Position numbers and translations under genes: made by a program. A stretch of DNA of 64,000 nt. Source: Octopus vulgaris. Taxonomy: Eukaryota. The notes below the pieces were generated by a model, which worked only from the letters and a program-made list of their open reading frames with translations, had not been told where the DNA came from and ran no database searches. Shown piece by piece: positions 38,462 through 51,369 of this stretch. The stretch covers positions 28,148,001 to 28,212,000 of the forward strand of contig OX597819.1 in assembly GCA_951406725.2 (NCBI GenBank), in the 5' to 3' direction. How positions within the stretch are numbered: position 1 is the first letter of the stretch; every line of letters begins with the position of its first letter.

Positions 38462-39410
38462 ATGGTGGTTGTCTACTCCTTATACAGAGTGTCACCACCT
38501 CCTGTACCTACACCTTAGCACCATCATGGCAGTGTTCAGAAAAGACATTCGCATGGATTGCACTTCTGATTTGGACCACTAATACCTGCAGATAAGTTCT
38601 GTTCTTTGTGGATCTTAACATGTCTTTTGAGGCCTCTATTGAATATGCAAATCTTCTGGCATACACTGCATTCAAAGGTATGCACCAACATATAGGCAGA
38701 ATAGTTGGTGGAGGTTCGTTTTCCATGCATTCGCAGATGAGTTTTGAGGTCAGCCAAAGACAGGTATGGTCTGTCACAGACTGTGCACACAAAAAGGTCA
38801 TTGTCATTCACCTTCTCGATCATTACATTCTTCCTTAGATCACTTTTGAATCTTACTTGCATTATTCTGGCCTCTTCAAGTGGTTTTACTCCACTCCACA
38901 TCTTTATTTGCCATCCAACTCATTCCAAAGTAAGAGTTTCTATATATTCTAGAACCATTCCAAATGACATCATAGTAGTCCTTATGCCATCATCAAACCT
39001 TTTTTTAGGTTTATGCCGATAGCATTTCCCATCTGCAAGCTCACCATAAAGCAGCTGTTTCGGCATGCATTCATCTGTCATTTGAACAATATGGCCACAC
39101 CATCTCAGTTGGTTCCTCAAAATCATAGCTTTAAATGAGGTGATGCCTGCAGAGGCAAGGACATCTGTGTTTGGAGTAAAAGAACTCCATTTAATTTTTA
39201 AAATGCGATAAAGGCATTTTTGGTGGAATTGTTCTAACAGTTTAAAATGCCTTCCATAACAAGTCCAGGTTTCACAGAAATACAACAGGGATGGTAAGAC
39301 AAATGATTTGTAAAGAGCCACCTTTGTATTCTTATTTATATGTCGCTGGCACCAAATGCGTGACTCCAAGCCATCAAAATGTTTTTGCTGCCCTCTGAAT
39401 TCACAGCTGT
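38462..39410 (-). mobile_element. Second RTE-BovB-like LINE 3' fragment with C2H2 fingers
   Basis: VLPSLLYFCETWTCY, QLRWCGHIVQM and MPKQLLYGEL, then CTVC..H..H, CSVC..H..H and a broken third CNPC. Confidence 0.85.
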
Positions 39411-41401
39411 ATTTCTGTATCAAGGTAGATGAACAAATCAACAACCTCAAGTAACTTTCCCTTTACAAAAATTTTAGAGGAGTTACGAACAGCATTACAT
39501 GTATATATACACATATACATGTGTGTATATGTATATATGTGTGTGTATATATATATATATATATATGCACATATATATCATCATTTAATGTCCGCTTTCC
39601 ATGCTAGCATAGGTTGGACGATTTGACTGAGGTCTGGCGAACCAGACTCCAATCTGATCTGGCAGAGTTTCTACAGCTGGATGCCCTTCCTAACACCAAC
39701 CACTCCGAGAGTGTAGTGGGTGCCTTTACGTGCCACCGGCACGAGGGCCAGTTTGGTACGCCCAAATGGTGCTTTTTATGTGCCACCTGCACATACATAT
39801 ATCTATGTATACATAAATATACATACATGTGTATATACATATATGTGTATATACATATATATGTATATATACATACACATATATACAACAGGTTCCTTCA
39901 GTTTCTGTCTATCAAATCTTTTCACAAGACTTTGGTTGGCCTGAAGCCATAGTAGGAGACACTAGCCCAAGATATCTTGCAGTGGGACTGAACCTGGGAC
40001 CCTGTGATTTGGAAACAAGTTTCTTAACACACAGCCAGAAATTTAATCAAGTAAGTCAATCTGACCTTATAGACTAAAATTTACTTGAAGTAATCAAAGT
40101 TATTGAGTATGTCCACCTAACTGTTTAAAACTCAACAAGATGGTAGGCATTTCACGAAGCTGTCAGGTCCAACTGTTTGCTCTTAGGATTTGCCATGCTT
40201 ACAATATGTTCTCTTGCATTGCTTGATTTGAGTTCTAGCAGTAACCTGTCTGCTTTCACATCTTGAAATCTGATCCTTACTATTTTATTGAAACAGCTGT
40301 GTTAACCCATTAGATCCAACATCTCACACCTACCCTACAATGTCATTCTAAAAATATACAATGGCATCATTGAAATCTTGAAACTAAGAGATAATGCATA
40401 ATTAATTCAAAACAATGTGATTAATTAAGCATTACATTTGACTGAATAATTTGAATGCTAAAGAGTTAGAGTTACAAATTAGTCAAATTGAATCACTTAA
40501 TTCTTTTATTGAATAAAAATACATCCATTTCTGAAAAACTTATTGAAATATCTTAAATTAAACAAAAACCAAAATAGCCCCCACCCCACCCCAATTTTTT
40601 TTCCAATACATCAAATATACAAGAAAAACAAAACGAAACATTTTAGTAATAATTTTGAGTATAAGCAGAAGGCTTTTGCTATAAAAGAGGAGAGACAATA
40701 GAGGTGAGTGATAATGATGGCATTAACAAAGTAAGGGAAATGTTTTCAACTGAGGACTGAGGTAAACGATTTGGTTTGCTTAGACCACATTAATGAAGCC
40801 CAGTGTCTCCCCCCCAGCAGGAGAAAATCTTTACGAAAGGGTAAAAAACAACAAAGATTATCATTGAAAAAGAAATTTCTTGGCAAATCTATATAGTATT
40901 AAATATGAATATATATTTCTGCATTATTGTAATAAAATTTGATGAATAATTTTCTGATCTTTGATTGCTGTGTAATAGTTGTTTTTTCTTTCCAAAAATG
41001 CCTGCTTCTTTTGAAGTTTTTCAAAGAAATGCTAGAACATGAGTATTGTGAAGAAACCAATCCTTTAAAAATGCTTTCATTGGATTGGAAATTTCTTTCT
41101 TACCAGGAAACAGATTTAGAATTAATATAGTTATTTCAGATTTGCTAAATATATAACACACTACCTTTTTGGATCAGTGCAAATATTGGTAACATAAGTT
41201 CTAACCTTACCAATACTAGTAACTTAAGCATCTTACAAAACAAATATGCACATTTTCTTTGTGATGCTCATCTACCCTCATATTTAACTACACATTTATG
41301 TAGTAAGTTTGCTAGCTTTTCCAGCAAAATATTCAAAACTCCATACGTTTATTAGGCTGTTGACTCAGCAAATACATGTACAATGGAAACTACTAAGTAT
41401 T

Positions 41402-41442
<41 letters not shown>

Positions 41443-41718
41443 GTGAATACCACTGGAACGTTCTGAAAAATATTAATGAAGTTACAAAACAACAATTATG
41501 ATAAGCCCTAGTTTGCTCTACTACTGATTAGCCAAAAGTAGCTTTCTCTTTTCAAAGAGGGGAGGGGTTAAAACAAGCTTCAGAGCTTAAAATTTAGCAC
41601 TGAAAGACAGGATGCATTCTCTAACACCCAAAGATTTCTTTCTTTCATCATATGAGTCTTTATAAGAACAAGTTAAAGTATAGCTGTATAATTCAAAAAT
41701 ATTTCAGGAAGTAAACCA

Positions 41719-42134
41719 AGGACTTGTCCCAAACTTTGGCATCGAGAGTTACACAAATGCCAGAACTGGGCGCCACTGCATGGTGCTTAGGACTCCAAAT
41801 TTGCCATCAAGATGTAGGACAAGATACTGTGATAGCCTGGACTTCCGAAGCCCACAGCTCTTCAATATCCTCCCGAAGAACCTAAGAGACCTGCATGGGG
41901 TGGATGCAGATGTCTTTAAAATGAAACTGGATCTCTTCTTGTCAGGTATCCCAGATGAACCAACTTCACGACAGGAGGTGCAGATGAGGGCAGCTGCATC
42001 GAACTCTCTCATGCACCAAATGGCAGTTGCTAAAAAGCATTCGTGAAGTAAAACCATGTAGCAACACCAAATGGCGGTGCCCCAGCATGGCCACAGCTCG
42101 TGAGCTGAAACTAGAATCAATCAATCAATCAATC
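41719..42134 (+). mobile_element. CR1-like LINE 3' end with (TCAA)n tail
   Basis: PQLFNILPKNLRD...FKMKLDLFLSGIPDEP followed by a short UTR and an AATCAATCAATCAATC tail. Confidence 0.75.
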
Positions 42135-42300
42135 ATATCAAAGAAAAATTTTTTATATTCAAAATATCATCTACATGCTATTACTTATAGCATTATCTAC
42201 TTTGTCTTCTACACTTAAAAAAATAAATTATTTCACATTCAAAGATTCTAGATTTTTAAGACTTAAACTATTAACTGACACATTTCTGATCCAATTTTAA

Positions 42301-42520
42301 CCCTTTAGCATTTAAACCAGCTATATCCAATCCAAATATTTTAACTGTTTTATGTTCAAACTGTCAAGATCCACCCTCTTACAGCCAGCCTACAATGTCC
42401 TTCTAAAAATATACAATTATATCATTAAAATCTCAAATACATAAAATAATGCATGAATAATTCAAAACAGTGTCAATAAATAACCATTATATTTGACAGA
42501 GATATCTGAATGCTAAAGGG
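42301..42520. mobile_element. piggyBac-type MITE
   Basis: TTAA|CCCTTTAGCATT ... AATGCTAAAGGG|TTAA. A shorter degenerate relative lies at about 40306-40465. Confidence 0.85.
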
Positions 42521-43136
42521 TTAATGTATATCAAAGTTGTATTTTGTGCAACTGAGTTTTATAGCAGCACTTTGCCATCATAATTAAAGCACTCAAATAT
42601 ATAAACTAAATTCTATCAAAAATAACCAAAGAATCCTTACAGTTCATTCTGTTTATAAGGGAATTAGTGAATGTGAATGACTTTCACAGTTTTCTCTATG
42701 GCATCAATAAAATAAGTGAAGTAAAATAACTACAACTAATAATTCTAATTGTATCACAGGCTAGGCTGGCAATATTCACAGTAACATTAACAAATGTTTA
42801 CATTTAAATTAAATCTCAATGGATCAATTCTCTGCAAAATGTCATTAACAATGTGAGTAATATTATTATTGTTCTTATACTAACGAAGAATTAACATAGT
42901 GCCTGGAGACTACTAACAATAGGTATTTTTTGAAAAGGAAAAAAAAAAAAAGTTACAGTGTAGCAGAAATGACCAAGTTAAATATTTTGTGAAACCACTA
43001 CAATGACCATAAAGGTACTATAATGGATACTAAGGTAAATTCATATATCAATCTTTTCTATCCACATTCATCATCGTTTAGCATCAATGGGTTGGATGGT
43101 TTGACAAGATTTGACAGGTCAAAGGACTGTGTCACA

Positions 43137-43261
43137 CTCCAATGTCTAGGCTAGGCTTGCAATATTCATAGTAACATTAACAAACATGTCAAGCTCCAAT
43201 GTCTAGGCTAGGCTTGCAATATTCATAGTAACATTAACAAACATGTCAAGCTCCAATGTCT
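43137..43261. repeat. 57 bp tandem duplication
   Basis: CTCCAATGTCT occurs at 43137, 43194 and 43251, delimiting two identical units. Confidence 0.95.
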
Positions 43262-43675
43262 GTTAAGGCGTGGTTTCTATGACGGGATGCCTGTTTGTAA
43301 TGCAACATATTAAAACAGTAAGAGCTGTCTCTCAATGCACAAACTTTTAAACTAGCTAGCAGACAATAAGTACAAGCCAAACCAATGTATTTAGTCTATA
43401 TATTAGTACATATAAGGGTGGGGGTGGTGGATTTAATTATCTATAGACACTCATCAGCAAGTAAATGATATTGTATGCTCTTCTCTGTATGGCAAATTCT
43501 CATCACATTAAAACAGTAAGCATATTTTTTTATAAATCATATTATTAAAATCAGCTAGAAGACAATAGTTAAGTTGTACAGTAATACTATCATTATTGCA
43601 TGACAACATGTTCCAAATCCCTGATAGTCTAAACTATATATATATGTGTGTGTGTGTATATGTATATATATATAT

Positions 43676-44055
43676 AAGCACTCCATCGGTTACGACGACG
43701 AGGGTTCCGGTTGATCCGAATCAACGGAACAGCCTGCTCGTGAAATTAACGTGTAAGTGGCTGAGCACTCCACAGACACGTGTACCCTTAACGTAGTTCT
43801 CGGGGATATTCAGCGTGACACAGAGAGTGACAAGGCCGGCCCTTTGAAATACAGGTACAACAGAAACAGGAAGTAAGAGTGAGAGAAAGTCGTGGTGAAA
43901 GAGTACAGCAGGGATCACCACCATCCCCTGCCGGAGCCTCGTGGAGCTTTAGGTGTTTTTGCTCAATAAACACTCACAACGCCCAGTCTGGGAATCGAAA
44001 CCGCGATCCTATGACCGCAAGTCCACTGCCCTAACCACTGGGCCATTGCGCCTCC
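43676..44055 (-). mobile_element. tRNA-derived SINE
   Basis: Reverse strand begins GGAGGCGCAATGGCCCAGTGGTTAGGGC. A near-identical copy lies at 63118-63492 and a decayed one at about 325-630. Confidence 0.85.
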
Positions 44056-45264
44056 ACGTATATATATATATATGCACACACATACACACATCAATAGTTT
44101 CAAATTTGCAATAAATATTGCTTTTTTTTCCCTGTCATCACTCTTATTGTTGATCAATAAGTTTTAAATAAGTTAATCAAATAATTTCATTGGTATAATA
44201 ACTAAGACTTATTGTATGATATCTGTTTCTAATTTTGGCACAAGGCCAGTAGTTATGGGGGTAGGGGATTAGTTGATATCATTATCTTGCGTACTTGGAC
44301 TGATATTTTATTTTATCATCACCAAAGGAATATAAGGTGGAATTTGAACTCATCATGTAAAGAATCAGAAGAAATACAACTAAGTATTTCATCCAACACT
44401 CTAAACAACTCTGCCAATCTGATATAATAATAAGACTATTTGTAAACAGTTTTAGTTTTACATATGTACAGATCACGAAAACAAATTTTAATAATAACAT
44501 TAAGTATTCTTTTCCTGCATTGGGTTATCCTTCTTAAGATAATATGAGTATATAACTAGTATATTATATAATTATTTTTGTAAAATAACAACAGCTTACA
44601 ATATGAAAACATCAGAGAACAAAGTACCAAAGACGAACAAAAGAAACAATTTCAATTGGGCCAACAACATGCTTTTAAGTAACTCAGATAGGTGTTGATG
44701 TACTAAATGATGCATGCAAAAAAGTTTTCAATGAACTGAAATTTACTTCATAGATGAAGAGGGGAAAAAAATTTAAAGGAAAAATTAGTTCCTTGAGAAT
44801 TTTTTGTGTCATTTAGAACATCATTTCCGTGAGATAACAAAATAATTAACTAACAAAAAAAGCAGAGTAAAGAAATAAAATAACTGGAATCAAGGAGAGT
44901 CTTCATGTGAATTCTGTAGTTGAATGATACAAAATAAAATTGTATTTAAAAAAACTGAGAAAGCTAAAAGACTATCTCAAATAAAAAAAGAATTCTTTGT
45001 TTCTCAAACATTTTGCACAATACTGACAAAATGCTTTAATTATAAATCCAAGATAGAATTTTGTTGTCACCTTTAGTATGTATTTCAAGTTACATAAACG
45101 GAAATAATATTGAGTAAATGTTCTGGTATGATAGTTTAACAACATAGATATGATGTCTGACTGTTAACACAACTGGAGTCTGTTTAATTCAGTTTTTAAA
45201 ATAATATGAAAGAAAGAAGAATAGTAAATTTTAACAGAATTTGAATGCACGTGTGTGTGTGTGT

Positions 45265-45299
<35 letters not shown>

Positions 45300-45555
45300 C
45301 ACAACCAAAACTAAAAACAAACAAGACTGAGAAGCAATTAAAAAACAAAACAAAACAAAAAATATATTTGCAATATTTAAATTTTTACATCTTAATTAGA
45401 AAACATTAATTAATTTTGTATTTGTTAAATGTGTTAATTAAAATATCAAAAAGGTTTGTTTCTTGTTTGTTTGTTTGTTTTTTTCTGGCGTAAGTCAACA
45501 ACTTAATTCTGAAGATGTGTTCAATATTTTATTTGGGTAACTGTTTTTTAAATTC

Positions 45556-45722
45556 CTATTTCCTCAAGATTCTTCGTAACTGTTTATCTTGACTCTGAAG
45601 TAAAGAATCAACTCCCTCGACTTTTGTGTTAATGCGATCCAACTGCAGATTTTGTCCTTCTATTTCGTTACCTAGTTCTGAAGCAAGACCTTTTAATCGA
45701 GACAGGCCTGTGGACATCAAAT
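45556..45722 (-). CDS. SNAP29: SNAP29 coding exon 3 (C-terminal Qc SNARE motif)
   Basis: TTTCAG acceptor, phase 1. Encodes DLMSTGLSRLKGLASELGNEIEGQNLQLDRI...LRRILRK followed by TAG. Confidence 0.95.
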
Positions 45723-45974
45723 CTGAAATTAAAATTTTAACAAATTTTAAATAAATTAACAACACTATTACAATGACTAGAAGGAGTATATATAAAACAA
45801 CATACTAGTTAAAATCTTCAAAGAATATTTATATAATTCAGCTTTTATGTCACATCTGAAAGTTTAGAAGAAGAGGGCCTAAAATTAAACTACTTTTACT
45901 AAATCCACTTTATGTCCTAATCTGGAATTAAATTGCACAGTAATAAATATAATCCAATATTATATAGTAGAGTA

Positions 45975-46375
45975 AGGTGGTGAGCTGGCAGAATTTATAG
46001 CATGCCAGGTAAAAATGCTTAGTGGTATTTCGTCTGCCGCTACGTTCTGAGTTCAAATTCCGCCGAGGTCAACTTTGCCTTTCATCCTTTCGGGGTCGAT
46101 TAAATAAGTACCAGTTACACACTGGGGTCGATATACTCGACTTAATCCATTTGTCTGTCCTTGTTTGTCCCGTCTGTGAGTAGCCCCTTGTAGGCAGTAA
46201 AGAAATAGGTATTTTGTTCATCATTACGTTCTGAGTTCAAATTCTTCCAAGGGCAACTTTACCTTCATCCTTCCAGGATCGGTAAAATAAGTACCAATTG
46301 AGTACTGGGGGTCGATGTGATCGACTTACCTCCCCCTTCCTGAAATCGCTGGCCATGTACCAAAATTTGAAAGCA
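45975..46375 (+). mobile_element. MetaSINE-like tRNA-derived SINE (dimeric)
   Basis: GGTGAGCTGGCAGAA head, GAGTTCAAATTCC B-box and TTTGCCTTTCATCCTTTCGGGGTCGATTAAATAAGTACC core. Many relatives, for example near 2495, 24255 (-), 29378, 33953, 47400 (-) and 48342. Confidence 0.75.
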
Positions 46376-46844
46376 ATCCAGCTTTTGCTATCAGTAAGAT
46401 TATTTCTTCCATGGTACTACAATGAAAATGTCAACGTATTTCTTATCAAAAATACTGATTGTTTCATCTACAACACTAAATGTACAAAAATCTAAATGAT
46501 ATTACCCATATTAAAACAATTATATGTAACTCTAAAACCATTCATTCTTTAATCAGAAAGCCTCCAATGTCTACAATTTTTATTTTCTCTATCAACTTTA
46601 AAATGCCCTCAATAAAGACAAAATAGGAGTAGGAACTCAACCAAACAATAAACATATATACTATCTATATGGACTAATGCAAACAGGAAGACAATTTAAA
46701 GAGGACACATTTGACACTTTTCTAAAGCTTGGTACAGTCTTCTGTGTAACCAGCTCCTGTCAAACATAGAAAATTGACATTAAATGACAATGATGATTAA
46801 ACACTAAAATAAAATGGTATGTTTGGAACTAGCAGTATACATAC

Positions 46845-47247
46845 CTAAGTTTTCATTCATCTTTGCTTCATGTTGACTATTTGTTACATGACGTGATTGA
46901 TCAGGTACCTGGGCATCAGCCATACGACTTCCAGCCAAAAACTTCCTATCTAAATCAACAGGCCTATCGCTGTACATATCATCTAGTTCTTGTTTTCGTT
47001 GAGTTCCTCCAACTGATCGTGGTATCTTTTCTGCACTGTTCACTGCCTCTTTCAGCTGGCTATTACGTACAGGTGGGGAATCTGTTTCACTAAGTTTCTT
47101 GTCTGATCCACGACTCCACCAATTTTTAATGCCACCAAACACACTTTTGATATTATTTATATGTTTCTGAGATGCTGTCAAGGTTACAGACATTGAATCT
47201 GTTTTCCTTTCTATATTGTCCAGTTGTTCACCTTGATGAAGTAATTC
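46845..47247 (-). CDS. SNAP29: SNAP29 coding exon 2
   Basis: CAG acceptor and GTATGT donor, 403 nt. Encodes ELLHQGEQLDNIE...SQKHINNIKSVFGGIKNWW...MNENL. Confidence 0.95.
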
Positions 47248-47303
47248 CTGAATAATAAAAATAAATATTCACTTATTAATCATAACTTTCAAATTTTGTT
47301 AAA

Positions 47304-47939
47304 CCAGCTTAAAAGTCGCACTCTGTGCGGACTTTTATGCTAGCTCCTGCAAAGGGCTAATTGGGCCTATGACCCAAAGCTAAACAGAGCAATAATAATT
47401 CTTTCTACTAAAGACACAAGGCCTGAAATTCGTGGGAGGGGACTAGTTGCTTACATTGACCCCAGTGTTTCACTGGTACTTAATTTATTAACCCTGAAAG
47501 GATGACAAGCAAGGTCAACCTCAGCACAATTTGAACTCAGAATGTAGCGGTAGACAAAATATAGCTAAGCATTTCGCCTGGCATGCTAACGATTCTGCCA
47601 GCACATCGCCTTAAACAGTGCAATAATAATAAAGCACCTATTGGTACCCTACTGATGCAGTATTATTTTAAATTCAGTTTAAATGAAAACTTTTAAGTTC
47701 ACAAATTTTTGGAGCTCTTTTAAAATTTGAATTTTCAACTGTTAGCATATAACAAATCCTCATTCAGACCTGATCCCAAAGCTGGATGTTCAAGAACCAA
47801 ATAAAGGGCAGATTTTCAATCCTGGGATCATCCTGATTCCAAAAAGGTATAATATGTCTATGTAGAACAAATGTAGATTGAGATACAGGGGTCCTGGACG
47901 GACAGACAGACAGAATTTCACATTTATTATTATTATAGA
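47304..47939 (-). mobile_element. Non-autonomous Helitron with nested SINE
   Basis: Minus strand starts A|TCTATAATAATAATAAAT and ends with the hairpin AAAAGTCCGCAC..TGCGACTTTT plus CTGG|T. The SINE at about 47400-47611 is flanked by a TAAACAG(A/T)GCAATAATAAT duplication. Confidence 0.7.
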
Positions 47940-48341
47940 TGTTTAAGAGGAGTTGTTAATTAGGTTATAATTTTTCAAACTATAACCTTTATATTCAGAC
48001 CTGTAAGCTGTTTCCAATATTTCTTTCTACTAATAGGTACAAGGTTTGAAATTTTAGAGGAGGGGGCTGATCAGTTACATCAACCCCAGCACTCAACTAG
48101 TACTTATTTTATCGATCCTGAAAGGATGAAAAGCAAGGTCAACCTTGCTGATATTTAACTTCAGTATGTAAATCTACAAGAAATGCTGATATGCATTTTG
48201 TCTGGCATGCTAATGATTCTGCCATCTATATTTCAACTGGTTTGATATGTCATCAGGTGTCTTAAAATTACCTCATCATCATCATTGTTTAATGTTCGCT
48301 TTCCATGCTGGCATGGGTTGGACCGTTTCACTGAGGACTAG

Positions 48342-48572
48342 GGCGGTGAGCTGGCAGAAACGTTAGCACACCGGGTGAAATGCATAGCCGTATTTTGTCT
48401 GCCGCTATGTTCTGAGTTCAAATTCCGCCGAGCTCGACTTTGCCTTTCATCCTTTCGGGGTCGATTAAATAAGTACCAGTTATGCACTGGGGTCGATATA
48501 ATCGACTTAATCCATTTATCTGTCCTTGTTTGTCCTCTATATGTTTAGCCCGTTGTGGGTAGTAAAGAAATA
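48342..48572 (+). mobile_element. MetaSINE-like element nested in an RTE-3'-type repeat
   Basis: Intact head and core. Degenerate TSD CGTTTCACTGAGGACTAG / CGTTTGACTGAGAACTGG. Confidence 0.75.
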
Positions 48573-48639
48573 CGTTTGACTGAGAACTGGCAAGCTGGAA
48601 GGCTGCACCAGGCTCTAATCTGATCTTTTGTGCATCACA

Positions 48640-49280
48640 TGGTCTGCAAGCCTTCTTGCCTTTCAAATTACAGCCAGTCCTTGTTCTTTGCCAAAAGGTC
48701 CTTTACCAGCTTTGTAAAAACCTCCTAACCATCATTTCTCAACTAAGATGGCTCAGCAGCAGTATCACCAACAAAACCTCTAATTTCACTCTACACACAT
48801 TCTACAAACTCATCTAATCACACCAACACAAAGTTACCAGTCCTGACAGCATCCTTTCCCTGACCTTCAAGTGGTACACTCTAGTGCAGCTTCTATCCTT
48901 GATAAACTCTTCAATTTCTCCCTCTGCAGGAATATATTCCAATATTTGGAAATGTACAAAAATACACAACTTCTCCAGTCCTATCAGCTACAGCTTTCAC
49001 TTCCACCATAGATGATAGTGTTTATCTCTTTGATTGAAAATTTTATGTCAGTACACAGTATTGCAGCATACGAGCTGAAAGTAGCTCTAAGACCCATACT
49101 ATGAACTCTGGTCTACCACAAAGTTTAGTTATGCATCCCACATTCATCTTTCTATACACTAACAACCTACTACCAACAATACACACACACACATATTTCT
49201 ATGCACATGATATCATCCTTCATGGATTCATCTTCTGTACATTGAGATCATCCACATACTACAATACTAGGTATCATGAT
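48640..49280 (+). pseudogene. Highly decayed LINE reverse transcriptase remnant
   Basis: NSGLPQSLVMHPTFIFLYTNNL...YFYAHDIIL resembles the PQGS/LYINDL/YADD motifs. Confidence 0.55.
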
Positions 49281-51369
49281 TTCTGATGATCTTTTACATT
49301 CCAAAGACTTTTCTCTTTAGGACACCTCCTATAAATATCTCAAGTACAACCCACATTAAAGTACAGATCTGGAATTCTGCTGCTGTATATACACAAATAG
49401 TTTAGTCGACATGCAAAAGACATCCATCTGGCTGATTAGCAAGGATTAACTCACAGAATTGCTATAATCACTAGCTTTCTAAGCACTCTCTCCAATCCTT
49501 CCTTCCCCAGCTCTCCTCTGCAATGCTCCCTTGCTCATATAAACCAAAGAATATTCAACCTAATCAGCAACCACATTAGTCTTTCAACTAATTTATATAT
49601 GTATATACATACAAAATATTCTCTCTCTCCCTCTTACACAAACACACACACACATGCAAGACAGCATAAGGTAAGGCAGTCTATTCTTATTGGGGACAAA
49701 GTCCCTTATGCATGCTGTTGACACAATAAAATGTACCCAGTCCATAATGTAAATGGTGATAAGAAGGGTATCCAGTTATAAAAACCATGCTAAAAATGAT
49801 GATACACTACACCAGAGTTAGTTTTTCTGTGTTGCTATATGTGCCAGGTGATGAAAAAGATTGCAGTAAGCAGTGAAATGCTTTGAGACCTGACCAACAC
49901 AAGTCAGCTCTAACTTGCAGATCTACTTTTTCAATTATTTTTAGAGTCACTAGAGTTTGATCTTTAAACTCATTGCCAAAATGATCTAGAATTTCCGCAA
50001 CTGTTTTCAACATCCATGCTCATTTTAAGATTGGTAGAATGTGGTTGGTAAAATACTCCAGAAAATCTCTAAGTATCTGATGATCAGCATGATACTGTCA
50101 CAGAATATATCAATTCAGTACTGCCATACACTATAGTAATTCAATAAATGTCAGTTATTCTTTAAAGTCTATTACAAATTGATATCTGAATTAATCCCAT
50201 CAATAAAGAGCAGAAATTATTGATAGTTCAGAAGGAATAGATTAATATTAGTTGGGAGTTCTGATTTACTGACTCCTGAAGAGGCAAGATTATAGCATAA
50301 CAATAGCCTTCTTGTTCTGTGACCATCCCATTTTTTTTTAAACATAATCTAATGTGTAATTTTTTTTAATAATACAAAACAGTTTAAAAGAGAATTGTCT
50401 GCTATTTCTAGTAGGTCAAGTAACTACATAGATATTATTTTGTTGGCTCATCAAAAACAATTATGTTTAATGGTGAATCCCCAAAGCTTTCACCAAAGTC
50501 ATATACAGATACTTTGTGATTATATTTATTGTGACAGTATGTTGTTTAACCCCAACAAGTGTGACGATCCTGTCGTATTTTCTAGATAACTGCACATTAT
50601 ATTAGCCAATGGGATGATATCTACTATTTCAAGCAAATTCAGTTTCCATACAGGGACTGCCTCAACAATCCTCATTGGTGGTTCTAGGAAAAGAACTCAA
50701 GAGATAGAGTAATGGGATGATTTATTATGGAGCAGAGGTAATTACAAACAACTGTTGCATTCTTTGAAATTCAGATTCTAATGTAGAAGCGGATAGTACT
50801 TCCCAGGAAGCAAAATTCTTTGGATTTTATTTCATACATTAGAGTCAGTAACTCCCAGCTGTTCAATAACATTTACAACAAATGTAATGTTTTCAGTAGA
50901 TGATATGAGACCTAACCATCATCATCATTTAGCATCTATTTTCCATGCTAGCCGAGGTAAGATAGTTTGACTGGAACTGGTAAGCTAGAAAGTGGCACCA
51001 GGTGCTGGTCCATTTTGGCTTTGCTTCTGTGATTGGGTACCCTTTCTAATGCCAACCACTCCTCAGAGTGTACTGGGTGCATTTTGCTTGTCACTGGCAT
51101 GGGTGATCTGGCCACAATTATGATTTCATGTGGTCTGGAGGAAGGGATTATTCCCATGATCTACACAGGTTATTTTGTGACTGAGGAAACTGATACAGTT
51201 TAAGTTCCTTCTCAGCATTTACAAGCTGACTAATGCAAACAAGGAAGGGAATTCCTGAGGGTTGGCATTTTGGGAGGAAGGATGAATGTCAAGATTAATG
51301 TGGGGCTTGGTACAGGGTCATATAATATTAGAGAAGAAAGGAAGTGAATTAGGAGGTGCATGTATGGAG

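Noticed and set aside
37928-38901. Host C2H2 zinc-finger gene
   Set aside because: The fingers follow LINE ORF C-terminal motifs directly and contain stops and frameshifts.
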